From: an uncultured Mycoplasmatota bacterium
GTDB lineage: Bacteria; Bacillota_I; Bacilli_A; RF39; UBA660
Assembly: GCA_947571135.1 (NCBI GenBank)
Contig: CANOWY010000002.1
Span: forward strand, 5,569-69,568
Length of the DNA: 64,000 nt
Direction: 5' to 3'
Part shown: one piece after another, positions 19,246 to 30,126 of the stretch
Layout: each line of letters begins with the position of its first letter
How positions within the stretch are numbered: position 1 is the first letter of the stretch
Program-made: the position numbers and the translations under genes
The notes under the pieces: model-generated
Seen by the model: only the letters and a program-made list of their open reading frames with translations
Databases searched by the model: none
What the model was told of the DNA's origin: nothing

Positions 19246-20964
19246 ATGGCAAACGATTATAAAGTGCTTTATAGAAAATATAGACCAACTACCTTTGATG
19301 AAATAGTAGGCCAAAAGTATTCTATTGAAATGCTTAAGAATGCAGTGACGAGTAATAAAATATCTCATGCTTATATATTTACTGGTCCTAGAGGTACTGG
19401 AAAAACTAGTACTGCTAAAATATTTGCAAAAACGATTAATTGTGAAAATCCAAAAGATGGCGTCCCATGTGGAACATGTAATAGTTGTCAAAATATTAAT
19501 AATAATGCGGATATTATTGAAATTGATGCTGCTTCTAACAATGGAGTCGATGAGATTAGAGAACTTATCAACAATGTTAAAATTGCTCCTTCTTATAGCA
19601 AATATAAAGTATATATAATTGATGAAGTTCATATGTTATCTCAAAGCGCTTTCAATGCTTTATTATTAACTTTAGAAGAACCTCCGAGTCATATTGTTTT
19701 TATACTTGCAACAACTAATATTGAAAGTGTACCTATTACAATACTGTCACGATGTCAAAGGTATGATTTTAAAAAGTTATCAGATGAAGAACTATCTAAT
19801 CATTTGAAGAAAGTTTCTGATTTAGAGAAAATTGCCATTACAGATGAGGCGATTGAAGAAATTGCGTATTTATCTGAAGGTGGTTGTAGGGATGCCTTAA
19901 GCATTTTAAATCAGTTATCCACAAGTAATGATAGCATTGATTTAAATACTGTTTTAAATAATTATGGATCTGTGTCTATGATTCAAATTCAAAATATAGT
20001 AAAGTATTATTTAAAAAATAGTTTTGAACAATTAAAAAATGTATTTGATAGTATGGAAAAATCTTCAATGGATTATAAGGTGTTTTTAAAAAAATTAATT
20101 GACCGACTTTTTAAAGAAGCAGTGGAATATAAAAATAAAAATGAGAATGTGGAATATTTAAAAATAAAAGAGACTATATTTGAATTAAACGATTTAATTA
20201 ATAAAATAAATATAAATGTTGATCCTTTTATTTTGATCTTTTTAGTTTTAGTTAAGAATGTGAGTGTTTCTGAAGAAAATAAAGGTATGCTTGTGGAAAC
20301 AGAGGTAGAGAAGAAAGAAAAAATAGATACAGAAATGGTGGTAGAAACTGCAAAGCCAGAAACGATTGAAAATTCTAAAGAAAGTAGCAAGGAAGTAAAG
20401 AAAGAGAAAAAAATGGAAATTAAACCAAAAGAAATTCCTCTATTAAATCAAAAGTATATAGATTATTTAGAAGAATTAAAAAAAGTTAGAGTAAATAATT
20501 GCTTTGCAGAAGCCGATAAAAGTTTACTTTTAAGTAGTAAAGAAAAATGGTTACAGTTTAATAACAATTTAGCACCTACAGATGAAATAAAGTCTATTAT
20601 TATAGACTCTGAATTGGTACTTGCTTCTTCTACAATTAATATTGTTATTGATAATCAAGAAAGTATTGTTGATATGTTTAATAATAATATTAAAAAAATT
20701 GAAGCAAAGTATGAAGAGGTAATGGGAGTTAAAATACATTTTATAGCGGTATTATCGAGTGACTGGGATAGAGATAAAAAGGAATATATAAAAAATATTA
20801 AAGAAAAATATGTTTATAAACTTATGGAAGAACCTATTTCTCCCCAGTTAGAAGATACTCCCGAATCTAGGGTAAAGGAATCTTTAAGAGATAGCAGTGC
20901 CCAATATTCTGATTATACAGATATTTTGAAGATTTTTAGTGAAGATCATATAGAAATAAAATAG
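19246..20964 (+). CDS. dnaX: DNA polymerase III subunits gamma/tau
   Basis: 572 aa with an AAA+ clamp-loader N-terminus (GPRGTGKTS, a CGTCNSC zinc module, SRC motif TILSRCQRY) and a low-complexity tau-like C-terminus. Confidence 0.95.
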   Translation: MANDYKVLYRKYRPTTFDEIVGQKYSIEMLKNAVTSNKISHAYIFTGPRGTGKTSTAKIFAKTINCENPKDGVPCGTCNSCQNINNNADIIEIDAASNNGVDEIRELINNVKIAPSYSKYKVYIIDEVHMLSQSAFNALLLTLEEPPSHIVFILATTNIESVPITILSRCQRYDFKKLSDEELSNHLKKVSDLEKIAITDEAIEEIAYLSEGGCRDALSILNQLSTSNDSIDLNTVLNNYGSVSMIQIQNIVKYYLKNSFEQLKNVFDSMEKSSMDYKVFLKKLIDRLFKEAVEYKNKNENVEYLKIKETIFELNDLINKININVDPFILIFLVLVKNVSVSEENKGMLVETEVEKKEKIDTEMVVETAKPETIENSKESSKEVKKEKKMEIKPKEIPLLNQKYIDYLEELKKVRVNNCFAEADKSLLLSSKEKWLQFNNNLAPTDEIKSIIIDSELVLASSTINIVIDNQESIVDMFNNNIKKIEAKYEEVMGVKIHFIAVLSSDWDRDKKEYIKNIKEKYVYKLMEEPISPQLEDTPESRVKESLRDSSAQYSDYTDILKIFSEDHIEIK

Positions 20965-20989
20965 AAAAATAAGAAAGAAGGAAAAAATA

Positions 20990-21280
20990 ATGAATATGCA
21001 AAATTTAATGGCACAAGCCCAAAAAATGCAAAGGGATATGCAAAAAAAGAAAGAAGAAATTGATAATACACTATTTACAGGAAATTCTGAAATGGTAGAA
21101 GTAGTTTTTAATGGAAAAAAAGAAATGGTTTCTATTAAAATTAAAGGAGAAATTGCAAGTGAAGATATGGAAATACTTGAAGATATGATAGTGCTTGCTT
21201 CTAAAGAGGCAACTACTAAAATAGACAAGGAAATAGAAGAAAAAATGGGTTCTCTTGGTGGTTTAGGTGGACTTTTCTAA
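20990..21280 (+). CDS. ybaB: Nucleoid-associated protein YbaB/EbfC
   Basis: 96 aa. MNMQNLMAQAQKMQRDMQKK...GGLGGLF aligns with B. subtilis YaaK, and the gene sits in the conserved dnaX-ybaB-recR order. Confidence 0.9.
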   Translation: MNMQNLMAQAQKMQRDMQKKKEEIDNTLFTGNSEMVEVVFNGKKEMVSIKIKGEIASEDMEILEDMIVLASKEATTKIDKEIEEKMGSLGGLGGLF

Positions 21281-21882
21281 TGATTTATCCTAAAAAATTA
21301 GAAGAGATTATTGAGTATTATAAAAAATTGCCAGGTATAGGGGAAAAAAGTGCAGAGAGAATGGCTCTATCAACTTTAGATATGCCCACAGAGCAAGTAG
21401 AAAATTTTAGTACTAGTTTAGTAGAAGCAAAAAATATACTTAGACCATGTAGAATTTGTGGTCATATTACAGATAAGGAAGTTTGTGATATTTGTAGTGA
21501 TGAAGGAAGAGATAAAAATATCATTTGTGTTCTTGAAGACTATAAAAGTGTATTTACATTTGAAAAAACAGGCAATTTTAAAGGAGTATATCATGTTTTG
21601 AATGGTTTGATTTCTCCAACTGAAGGAGTTGGTTATGACGATATTAATTTACCAAGTTTATTAGATAGAATAGAAAAATTGGAAAATCCAGAACTGATTT
21701 TGGCGTTAAAATCTAATATCGAGGGAGAAACAACAACTTTATTTATAAAAAAAATTTTAGAAGGAAAAAATGTTGTGATATCTAGACTCTCTTATGGAAT
21801 TCCTATTGGTGCAGATATTGATTATATGGATACTGTTACCCTAGATAAAGCATTGGATGATAGAAAACAGATTTCAGAATAA
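21280..21882 (+). CDS. recR: Recombination protein RecR
   Basis: 200 aa with a C4 zinc finger (CRICGHITDKEVCDIC) and a Toprim domain. Confidence 0.93.
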   Translation: MIYPKKLEEIIEYYKKLPGIGEKSAERMALSTLDMPTEQVENFSTSLVEAKNILRPCRICGHITDKEVCDICSDEGRDKNIICVLEDYKSVFTFEKTGNFKGVYHVLNGLISPTEGVGYDDINLPSLLDRIEKLENPELILALKSNIEGETTTLFIKKILEGKNVVISRLSYGIPIGADIDYMDTVTLDKALDDRKQISE

Positions 21883-21918
21883 TAAATTTTAAGTTTGTCC
21901 CATATAATGAAGTAAAAG

Positions 21919-22116
21919 GTGATAAATATGGTAAAAAAGATAGTATCTCTTGTAAAAAAATTTGTATTCGCATTTGTTTTGTTGTATGGATTAAATCTTT
22001 GTATTAATTCTTTAAATGTATTGATTCCTATTAATTTATTTACTTTGGGAACTGTTACATTTTTAGGCGTTCCTGGACTTGTTTCCTTAGTAGCAATTTT
22101 TTTTATGACAAAGTGA
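21919..22116 (+). CDS. bofA: BofA-like small membrane protein (inhibitor of pro-sigma-K processing)
   Basis: LIPINLFTLGTVTFLGVPGLVSLVAIFF aligns with B. subtilis BofA HVPINLVTTAISGILGIPGIAALVVI. It occupies the same position after recR. Confidence 0.6.
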   Translation: MINMVKKIVSLVKKFVFAFVLLYGLNLCINSLNVLIPINLFTLGTVTFLGVPGLVSLVAIFFMTK

Positions 22117-22133
22117 AGTGAGTAGGTGGTTTT

Positions 22134-22958
22134 TTGATAAAGAATGAAAGTATTCAAGTTTTAGAAAAAAAATTTAATGAGAACAGGCTTGCTCATGTTT
22201 TTTTAATTGAAACGAATGACAAGCAATCTGCTCTTAAAGATGTATTGGAATTTTGTAAACTAGTGAATTGTCCTGAAAATTATCTATCCCCTTGTACAAA
22301 ATGTAATTTGTGTCATTTAATAGAAAATGATAGTTTACCATCTTTAAAGATTATTTATCCAGATGGACAGGCTATTAAAAAGTCTCAAATGGAAGAATTA
22401 AAAAGTGATTTTGCTAGTATTCCTTATCTATCAAAGTATAATATTTACATTATTCAAGATGCTGAGAAATTCAATGCATCTTCTGCTAATACTATGCTTA
22501 AGTTTATAGAAGAACCTGAAAAGAACATTATTGGTTTTTTAATAACGAACAATAAAGAGAATGTTATTAATACGATTAAAAGTCGTTGTGAAATTATAAA
22601 AGCAAACTATTCTGAAAAGGTAGAATGTTTTATTGATGAAAAGGTTCAAAATCTAGCAGAAGAATATTTATATAAATTGGAAGTAGAAAAAGAGGAACTC
22701 ATCGTTTATAATAAAGATATTCTTGATGAAAAATTAGAAAAGGAAGAGTATATCCAGTTATTTCAAACCCTTTTAGATTTTTATTTAAGTTTATTGAATG
22801 GAAAAAGGAAATTTGTTAAATTAAAAGATAATTTACAATTAAATCAGGAAACAATTTTGCAAAGAGTCTACCTTGTGAATGAAGTTATAGAACGATTGAA
22901 TTATAATGTGAATATGAATTTGTTATTAGATTATTTTGTACTTAGTTTGGAGGATTAA
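22134..22958 (+). CDS. holB: DNA polymerase III delta-prime subunit
   Basis: 274 aa, AAA+-like, with the SRC motif (TIKSRCEII) and the conserved holB-yaaT order. Confidence 0.8.
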   Translation: MIKNESIQVLEKKFNENRLAHVFLIETNDKQSALKDVLEFCKLVNCPENYLSPCTKCNLCHLIENDSLPSLKIIYPDGQAIKKSQMEELKSDFASIPYLSKYNIYIIQDAEKFNASSANTMLKFIEEPEKNIIGFLITNNKENVINTIKSRCEIIKANYSEKVECFIDEKVQNLAEEYLYKLEVEKEELIVYNKDILDEKLEKEEYIQLFQTLLDFYLSLLNGKRKFVKLKDNLQLNQETILQRVYLVNEVIERLNYNVNMNLLLDYFVLSLED

Positions 22959-22959
22959 A

Positions 22960-23742
22960 ATGAATATATATGGTGTTAAGTTTAGTGATAAAGGAAAAGT
23001 TTATTATTTTAATGCTCATGATTTAAAAATAAATAATAATGTTTGTGTAATTGTAGAAACAGAGAAAGGGTTACAATATGGTAAAGTTACAGAAAAAGTA
23101 AAAGATTTCAATAGCAAAGATACTTTTAAGGATATTGTAAGAGTGACTACAAAAGAAGATTATAAAAAACATTTAAATAATTTAAAGGAAGCCGATCAAG
23201 CATTGAAAAAAGCCCAAGAACTTGCAGATGGCTTATCTTTAGGAATGCGATTTTTGTCTTCTAGTTTTACATTTGACAAAAAACAATTATTGCTTAGTTT
23301 TACCGCAGATGAAAGAGTTGATTTTAGAGAGTTAACAAGAAAACTAGCCGCAATATATAAAACGAGAATTGAATTAAGGCAAATTGGTGCAAGAGATAAG
23401 GCATGTAGTGTAAGTGGAATTGGTCAGTGTGGGAGAGAGTTATGTTGTGCTTCCTTTTTGACTTCTTTAGAATCTGTTTCTATGAATATGGCTAAGAATC
23501 AAAATTTAGCATTGAATCCATCAAAAATTAATGGTTGTTGTGGACGACTTTTATGTTGTTTAGCCTATGAAGATCAAAATTATTTAGAAGCACAAAAGGG
23601 AATGCCTAATGTCGGAGATACAGTTACGATTGAAAGTAGTAAAGGAAAAGTTATTTTTGTAGATATTTTAAATCGTAAAATAAAATTGGATTGTGGAAAT
23701 GAGATTAAAGAAGTGAATTTAAATAATGAAAGTAATAAATGA
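22960..23742 (+). CDS. ricT: RicT/YaaT (PSP1 domain) regulatory protein
   Basis: There is a strong full-length match to B. subtilis YaaT (VDFRELTRKLAAIYKTRIELRQIG, CGRELCCASFL, CGRLLCCLAYE). The likely start is the ATG at 22960, after a GGAGG RBS. Confidence 0.88.
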   Translation: MNIYGVKFSDKGKVYYFNAHDLKINNNVCVIVETEKGLQYGKVTEKVKDFNSKDTFKDIVRVTTKEDYKKHLNNLKEADQALKKAQELADGLSLGMRFLSSSFTFDKKQLLLSFTADERVDFRELTRKLAAIYKTRIELRQIGARDKACSVSGIGQCGRELCCASFLTSLESVSMNMAKNQNLALNPSKINGCCGRLLCCLAYEDQNYLEAQKGMPNVGDTVTIESSKGKVIFVDILNRKIKLDCGNEIKEVNLNNESNK

Positions 23743-24433
23743 TTTGTATGATTATGAAAATTATAAAATTGTGCAAGACAATGAAGTATTTAAGTTTTCT
23801 TTAGATTCTATTTTGTTAGCAGAGTATGTAACGAACTTAAAACAAAGCGATGTGGTTTTAGACTTATGCACAGGCAACGGAGTAGTTCCTTTTATTTTAT
23901 CAAATTATTTCCCAAACAAAATTGTAGCATTTGAAATACAAGAATATATTGTTAAACTGGCACAAGAAGGCATAAAACTTAATGGTTTAGATAAGCAAAT
24001 AGAACTTATCCACGATGATATAAGAGTTATCAACAATTATTTCCCGGGAAATAATTTTGATGTTGTTGTGGCCAATCCTCCTTATTTTAAATATCATGAA
24101 AGTTCTTTAATTAACGAAAATGAAAATAAGGCTATTGCTCGACATGAAATTTGTTTAAATTTAGAAGACATTTTTAAAGTTGTAAAATATGCGCTAAAGG
24201 AGTATGGAATATTTTATTTGGTTCATTTGCCAGAAAGATTGGAAGAAATATTATATTTATGTGAAAAGAATCGAATTATTGCTAAACAGATTCAATTTAT
24301 TTATACAAAAGGTGACAAGAATGCTACGATGGTTTTGATAAAATGTATTAAGAATGCGAAAAACTCTGTTAAGGTTTTTGCTCCTTTGTATATAGGAGAT
24401 TATAAAAGTTATAAAAATATATTTAGAGGGTAG
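23726..24433 (+). CDS. N6-adenine-specific methyltransferase, YabB/TrmN6-like
   Basis: 235 aa with the NPPY motif (VVANPPYFK) and a SAM-binding GxG (LDLCTGNG). It sits in the position of B. subtilis yabB. Confidence 0.7.
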   Translation: MKVINDLYDYENYKIVQDNEVFKFSLDSILLAEYVTNLKQSDVVLDLCTGNGVVPFILSNYFPNKIVAFEIQEYIVKLAQEGIKLNGLDKQIELIHDDIRVINNYFPGNNFDVVVANPPYFKYHESSLINENENKAIARHEICLNLEDIFKVVKYALKEYGIFYLVHLPERLEEILYLCEKNRIIAKQIQFIYTKGDKNATMVLIKCIKNAKNSVKVFAPLYIGDYKSYKNIFRG

Positions 24434-24439
24434 ATAGAT

Positions 24440-24988
24440 ATGAAGTTAATTGTAGGTTTAGGAAATCCAGGAAAGGAATATGAAAATACACGTCATAATG
24501 TTGGCTTTATGGTGTTAGATCATTATGTGTGTGATGATAGTTGGCAAAAGAAATTTGATGGATTGTATCAAGTTGTAAATTATCAGGATGAAAAAGTACT
24601 TTTTTTAAAGCCTTCCACTTATATGAATAATTCTGGAATATCTGTTAGGCAAGCAAGTAAATATTATGATATTGAACCTAGTGATATTTTAATTATTCAA
24701 GATGATATGGACATTGCTTTTGGTAAATATAAATTAAAAAAGAATAGTTCTTCTGGTGGTCATAATGGAATTAAATCTATTATTGCTGCATTAAATACAG
24801 ATTCTTTTGCTAGATTAAAAATAGGGATTTCTCATGATAAAAATAGGGATACTATTCACTATGTGTTAGGAAAGTTTTCTAAAGAAGAAATGAATTATTT
24901 AAATGAAACTTATAAACAATATAATGAAATTATAGAATCTTTTATTTATAAAGGCATTGATATAACAATGAATAAGTTCAATTCTTAA
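24440..24988 (+). CDS. pth: Peptidyl-tRNA hydrolase
   Basis: 182 aa with the N-terminal KLIVGLGNPG...YENTRHNVGF Pth signature. Confidence 0.92.
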   Translation: MKLIVGLGNPGKEYENTRHNVGFMVLDHYVCDDSWQKKFDGLYQVVNYQDEKVLFLKPSTYMNNSGISVRQASKYYDIEPSDILIIQDDMDIAFGKYKLKKNSSSGGHNGIKSIIAALNTDSFARLKIGISHDKNRDTIHYVLGKFSKEEMNYLNETYKQYNEIIESFIYKGIDITMNKFNS

Positions 24989-24997
24989 GGAGGCCGT

Positions 24998-27900
24998 ATG
25001 AAATGGTTAGATAAAAAATTTCCACAAGATGTGAATATAAGAATTACTGGTTTAACCAAGGAATTAAATGTATTTTATTTACTTTCATTATTTAAAAGTA
25101 AACAGGAGAATTTATTAGTAGTTACAAACTCTTTGTATGAATGTAATCAGTTATATTCTTTATTAAGTACATATACAGACGATGTACTTCTTTTTCCTAT
25201 GGATGATTTCTTATCCTCTGTTGCTCTTGCTATTTCCCCAGATTTAAAAATAAAACGTTTGGAAACATTAAAGAAAATAGAAGAAAAAAAGAATATTGTT
25301 GTGACAAATCTTACAGGTTTTTTAAAGTATTTACCTCCTATAAAAGAAGGAGGAAAGAAGGAATTAAGACTTAAAGTTCATGAAGAAATTAGTCGTGATG
25401 ATATTGTTCTTTGCTTAGAAGAATATGGTTATACAAGAGATTCTTTGGTTACGGCAACTGGTACTTATGCAGTACGTGGTTTTATCATTGATATTTTTTC
25501 TACTTTTTTAGAGCATCCTGTTCGTATTGAATTTTTTGGAGATGAGATTGAGTCGATTCGCTATTTTGATGAAGATACACAATTGTCTTTACACTCTATA
25601 GAAGAAGTTTTTATCAGTCCTTATGATGAGATAGTAGAAGATGGTCATAATTCTTTAGTGGATTATTTGAAGCAACCGATTGTTATTTATTATGATTATA
25701 GTCAAATTGAAGTAGGGTATCAAAAATTATGGGAAGATATAGTTGAGTATAAAGTAAGCAATGATATTGCGCAAGATACGGAATATATGTATAAAAAGGA
25801 AGATTTTGTTCTAACAAAAGAAGTTTATATTGATACTTTAAATAATGTGAATACAAGTAATTTACAAGTTTATTCTTATCGGTCTTTTGAAATAGAAAAT
25901 TTTAGGTCTAACTTTGAAACTTTAAAAGAGAAAGTATTTTTATGGCTAAAAAATAAGAAAACAATCATTTTTTATTTATCAAAGGAACATCAAATAAAGC
26001 AGATTAAAGAATTGTTCGACGAAGTGCATATTGTAAAGCAAGAAGAATTGATAGAAAATCAAATTAATATTATACAAAAGAAAATAAATCAAGGTTTTAT
26101 TTTAGATGATTTTGTGGTTATTTCAGAATATGATATTGAACAAGTAAGTACTGGGGATATTAAATATAAAAATATTTTGAAGATTGGTAAAAAAGTCAAT
26201 TCTCTTAATAGTTTAGAACTTGGCGATTATGTAGTGCATAGAAGCCATGGCATAGGAATTTATAATGGTGTTGTTACGTTAACTCAAATGGGTATGCAAA
26301 AGGATTATATTCAGATTAATTATTTAGGTAATGATAAAGTCTATATACCTGTTGAGAAAATTACAACGATATTTAAATATACCGATAAAGATGGTACGAA
26401 ACCTAAAATCAATAAATTGAATAGTACTTCGTGGGAACTAAAGAAAAGACAAGTGCAGAAAAAGATTAAAGATATATCAGAAGAATTGATGCGTTTGTAT
26501 GCAATTCGTAGTAATACGAAGGGGATTTCTTATGTTGATTATCCTATGGAAGACTTGTTTGCGATGGAATTTCCTTATGAAGAAACAAAAGATCAATTGA
26601 AGGCAATAGAGGACGTTCAAAATGATTTAAGAAGTCCAGTTCCTATGGATAGACTTTTATGCGGAGATGTTGGATTTGGTAAAACAGAAGTTGCTTTTCG
26701 GGCTATTTTTAAAACAATTTTAAATAATAAACAAGTTTTGTATTTGTGTCCTACAACGATTTTATCAAAACAGCAATATGCTTCTGCAATAAAACGATTT
26801 TCTAGTTATCCTATTGAAATTGCTTTGCTAAATCGCTTTACTTCCACAAAGGAAACAAAACGAATTTTAGAAGATTTAAAAAGTGGCAAAATTGATATTT
26901 TATTTGGAACGCACCGTTTGTTAAGTGAAGATGTGAAGTGTAAAAATTTAGGATTACTTGTTGTGGATGAAGAGCAACGTTTTGGTGTAACACATAAGGA
27001 AAAAATTAAATCTTTCAAAAATGATGTAAATGTTTTAACGCTTTCTGCAACACCGATTCCTAGAACAATGAAGATGGCTATGAGTGGTTTAAGAGATTTA
27101 TCCATTATTGATACGGCACCAGTGAATCGGTATCCTGTTCAAACTTATGTGATAGCAGAAAATGAACTTATTGTAAAAGATGCAATCTATAAAGAATTAA
27201 CTAGAAAAGGGCAAATTTTTATTTTATATAATAAGGTGGCGTCCATAAGTGATTTTTGTGATAAGTTACGGGCTTTAATACCAGAAGCCAGAATAAATTT
27301 TGCACATGGACAAATGACCAAAAAAGAACTTGATGATATAATGGAATCGTTTGTAAATTATGATTTTGATATTTTGGTTTGTACTACTATTATTGAAACA
27401 GGTATTGATATACCGAATGCTAATACTTTAATCATTTATAATGCGGATCATTTTGGTCTTTCTCAACTTTATCAGATACGTGGTCGTGTTGGTAGAAATG
27501 ACAAAATTGCCTATGCTTATCTTTTATATGATAATAGAAAAGTGCTAAATGATATTGCGGTGAAACGTTTACAAGCCATAAAAGATTTCACAGAACTTGG
27601 TAGTGGATATCGTATTGCCATGCGAGATTTATCGCTTCGTGGAGCAGGTGATATTTTAGGAAGTGAGCAAGCAGGTTTTGTTGATTCTGTTGGTATTTCT
27701 TTATATACCAAAATGGTAGAAGAAGAAATTAAACGTCTAAATGGAGAAGAAGTTGAAGAAGATACAGATGCGAAATCTTTAGTAAATGTAAGTACTCATA
27801 TTAGTGATGATTACGTGCATGATGAAGATATTAAAATTGAAATTCATCAAATGATTAATGAGATAGAGGATGAAACTTCCTTAATTCGTGTAAGAAAAAT

Positions 27901-28228
27901 ATTGGAAGATCGTTTTGGGAGGATTACAGAAGAAATTGAAATTTATATGTATGAAGAATGGTTTGAAAAACTGGCAAAACGTCTAGAAATATTACACGTG
28001 AAACAAACAGAACGGATAGTAGAATTAGAAATACCTGAAGTCTATTCTTCTAAAGTTAAAGGTGATAAGTTGTTTTTTGAGGCTTATAATATAAATCCGA
28101 GTTTTTCGTTTAAATACTTAAATAAAAAAATCATCATTAACTTACTTATAAAAAGGGGAGAGAAACATTTCTTATATTCATTAGTTCCTTTGTTAGAATT
28201 AATTTTAAGAGATATAGAAGAGGATTAA
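24998..28228 (+). CDS. mfd: Transcription-repair coupling factor Mfd
   Basis: 1076 aa with a UvrB-homology N-terminus, a CarD-like RNAP-interaction domain and a SF2 helicase core (GDVGFGKTEV, DEEQRFG). Confidence 0.95.
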   Translation: MKWLDKKFPQDVNIRITGLTKELNVFYLLSLFKSKQENLLVVTNSLYECNQLYSLLSTYTDDVLLFPMDDFLSSVALAISPDLKIKRLETLKKIEEKKNIVVTNLTGFLKYLPPIKEGGKKELRLKVHEEISRDDIVLCLEEYGYTRDSLVTATGTYAVRGFIIDIFSTFLEHPVRIEFFGDEIESIRYFDEDTQLSLHSIEEVFISPYDEIVEDGHNSLVDYLKQPIVIYYDYSQIEVGYQKLWEDIVEYKVSNDIAQDTEYMYKKEDFVLTKEVYIDTLNNVNTSNLQVYSYRSFEIENFRSNFETLKEKVFLWLKNKKTIIFYLSKEHQIKQIKELFDEVHIVKQEELIENQINIIQKKINQGFILDDFVVISEYDIEQVSTGDIKYKNILKIGKKVNSLNSLELGDYVVHRSHGIGIYNGVVTLTQMGMQKDYIQINYLGNDKVYIPVEKITTIFKYTDKDGTKPKINKLNSTSWELKKRQVQKKIKDISEELMRLYAIRSNTKGISYVDYPMEDLFAMEFPYEETKDQLKAIEDVQNDLRSPVPMDRLLCGDVGFGKTEVAFRAIFKTILNNKQVLYLCPTTILSKQQYASAIKRFSSYPIEIALLNRFTSTKETKRILEDLKSGKIDILFGTHRLLSEDVKCKNLGLLVVDEEQRFGVTHKEKIKSFKNDVNVLTLSATPIPRTMKMAMSGLRDLSIIDTAPVNRYPVQTYVIAENELIVKDAIYKELTRKGQIFILYNKVASISDFCDKLRALIPEARINFAHGQMTKKELDDIMESFVNYDFDILVCTTIIETGIDIPNANTLIIYNADHFGLSQLYQIRGRVGRNDKIAYAYLLYDNRKVLNDIAVKRLQAIKDFTELGSGYRIAMRDLSLRGAGDILGSEQAGFVDSVGISLYTKMVEEEIKRLNGEEVEEDTDAKSLVNVSTHISDDYVHDEDIKIEIHQMINEIEDETSLIRVRKILEDRFGRITEEIEIYMYEEWFEKLAKRLEILHVKQTERIVELEIPEVYSSKVKGDKLFFEAYNINPSFSFKYLNKKIIINLLIKRGEKHFLYSLVPLLELILRDIEED

Positions 28229-28584
28229 TATGTTTTTCTTCTTTTTTTATTCAATTTAATTTCTTAAAAAATTCTATTATAGAAATATTTAATTTTTTTG
28301 AATAATGTAAAGAAATTCTAAACCAACAGGCAGATTATTTTCAATATTTGCTATTGTATCATTATATTGAATTAAATCTGCTAATTGAACTTGTTAAGAC
28401 CCTTTTCTTTTTTAAGCCGTCTAATATTGTTACCTATTACTATATATATTATCTTTTTTTGTTGATTTGTATAAATTTTTCCCTTAATTATATTATCTTC
28501 TTTCTATTTTTCAATGCTACTAATTTCATAAGTTAAAGGAATTGAATAATAAAATATTAATAAAGTAATTCTTATGATTGTAAT

Positions 28585-29223
28585 TTATTTATACTGGTTA
28601 TCTACAAGAGTGAAGCCCTCTCCTAATTGACTAAAAAAGTTTTGTAATTTTGCTAAAATGCTTGTTTCTAAGTCCTGTTCGTTTTGAATTGTATTATTTT
28701 TATCTAGTTCAATTAAAATAGGATTTTTCATTTGTTCTAGGAAGGATGGATTTTTTTGAGAAGTGATAATTTCTATTTTATTTGGTTTATTTATTAACCG
28801 TTCGTAAGCATTATTTTTGATTTCTTTTATTAATTCTCTTTTAGACATATTTTTAGTGATACATACATTTATATAATAATTTCGTTTGTTTTCTTCTTGA
28901 ATGGGTAATAATTCGCGATAATGTGACCAACTCAAAGTGAGACCCAGTGGGGCGCATTTTGGAAACACTAAATAAAATTGTCTGAATTTTCTTAAATTAG
29001 TTCCATCATATCCTTTTCCATATTTCTTTGTATATTTAATACTCCATTCTTTGATTAATCCATTTCCGTACTTAGCACGTTCATTGCCTCCTTGTGCTTC
29101 TATGAGCAATCTACCAATATTCCAATAATTTTCTATAGCACTCTGATTTTCTTCTAAGACTCTTCGTTTTTTACTTACTTCATTCTTCTTTATGTAAGTT
29201 TCTATTTCGTTAAAATAATTCAT
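28585..29223 (-). pseudogene. Truncated DUF1016/YhcG-family protein. Only the N-terminal domain is present and the PD-(D/E)xK nuclease core is missing.
   Basis: NYWNIGRLLIEAQGGNERAKYGNGLIKEWSIKYTKKYGKGY...FRQFYLVFP matches the YhcG N-terminal domain. The ORF ends at ...LGEGFTLVDNQYK, right where the nuclease core normally begins. Downstream there is only AT-rich non-coding DNA (28229-28584). Confidence 0.5.
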
Positions 29224-29357
29224 ACAAAACCTCTTTCTATTCTTATATATACACCACGAATTTGCATTTTCCTTTTTTCATCTTAATTTTTCTTTTTCTT
29301 TTGTATATTTTTCATTCTTACAACCCAAACTAATAGACGGAAGGAGTTTGTGATACT

Positions 29358-29880
29358 TTTGAAGTCAACAGGTGTAATTCGTAGAATTGATGAGTTAGGA
29401 AGAATTGTTTTACCAAAAGAAATACGTAGAAATTTAGGAATACGTGAAGGAGAAAATTTAGAAATATTTGTAGAAGAAGATAAAGTAATTTTAAAGAAAT
29501 ATTCAAAAATTAAAGATTATAAGGAAACTATTCATAAAATTGGTAATTTAGTAACACAAGTATATGAAATGAATTTGATAATTACAGATCGAGATAAAAT
29601 TGTATATGCTAATAAATTTTCAACTTATGAAGAGACGGATTTAGATATGAAATTTATTCAGTTGATACATAATCGTGAAAGTGTAGTAAAAAATGATATA
29701 CAAACATATAAATTAAATGGCGAAGAAAAAAGTGGTTATTATTTAATACAACCTATTATATCTTCTACGGATTGTTTAGGATTACTTATAATATTTAATG
29801 AAAAATCTATTAAAGAAGAGAATCTAACTTTACTTAAATTTGTAGCAAATCTTATCGTAAATAAGGTTGATATTTCTTGA
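29358..29880 (+). CDS. spoVT: Stage V sporulation protein T (AbrB-N plus GAF domain regulator)
   Basis: LKSTGVIRRIDELGRIVLPKEIRRNLGIREGENLEIF aligns with B. subtilis SpoVT MKATGIVRRIDDLGRVVIPKEIRRTLRIREGDPLEIF, and a GAF-like C-terminal half follows. It lies downstream of mfd, as in Bacillus. The TTG at 29358 is the more likely start. Confidence 0.8.
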
Positions 29881-29899
29881 TGTGGTAAAAATTATGTGT

Positions 29900-30115
29900 T
29901 AATATACAGATAATTAATGAAGAAGGAAAGAGTAGTGCTTTTTCTTTATGAGAAGAGAGTTTACGTTTGGTGAGAGTAAATATAAAGATGGGTATGAACA
30001 TGGTTCTGGAGTTAAATCGGATACTTCACGTTATGAAGAAAAGTGCATGATTAAAATCATGAATTAAGGTGGTACCGCGGATATTGTTTCGCCCTTAATT
30101 TATGATTTTTTTGTT
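29900..30115 (+). promoter_or_regulatory. T-box riboswitch leader (probably Met-specific)
   Basis: The canonical T-box sequence AATTAAGGTGGTACCGCGG sits at 30062-30080. A terminator helix (AATTAAGG/CCTTAATT) is followed by a T8 run. Stem-I-like GA-rich elements and AUG triplets followed by A lie at about 30000-30010. The leader is upstream of the SDR-metG operon. Confidence 0.7.
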
Positions 30116-30126
30116 TTTAAGGAGGA

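Noticed and set aside
28348-28536. 62-aa ORF in the mfd/DUF1016 spacer
   Set aside because: It is low-complexity (Y/I/L/F), has no RBS, and lies in featureless AT-rich DNA.
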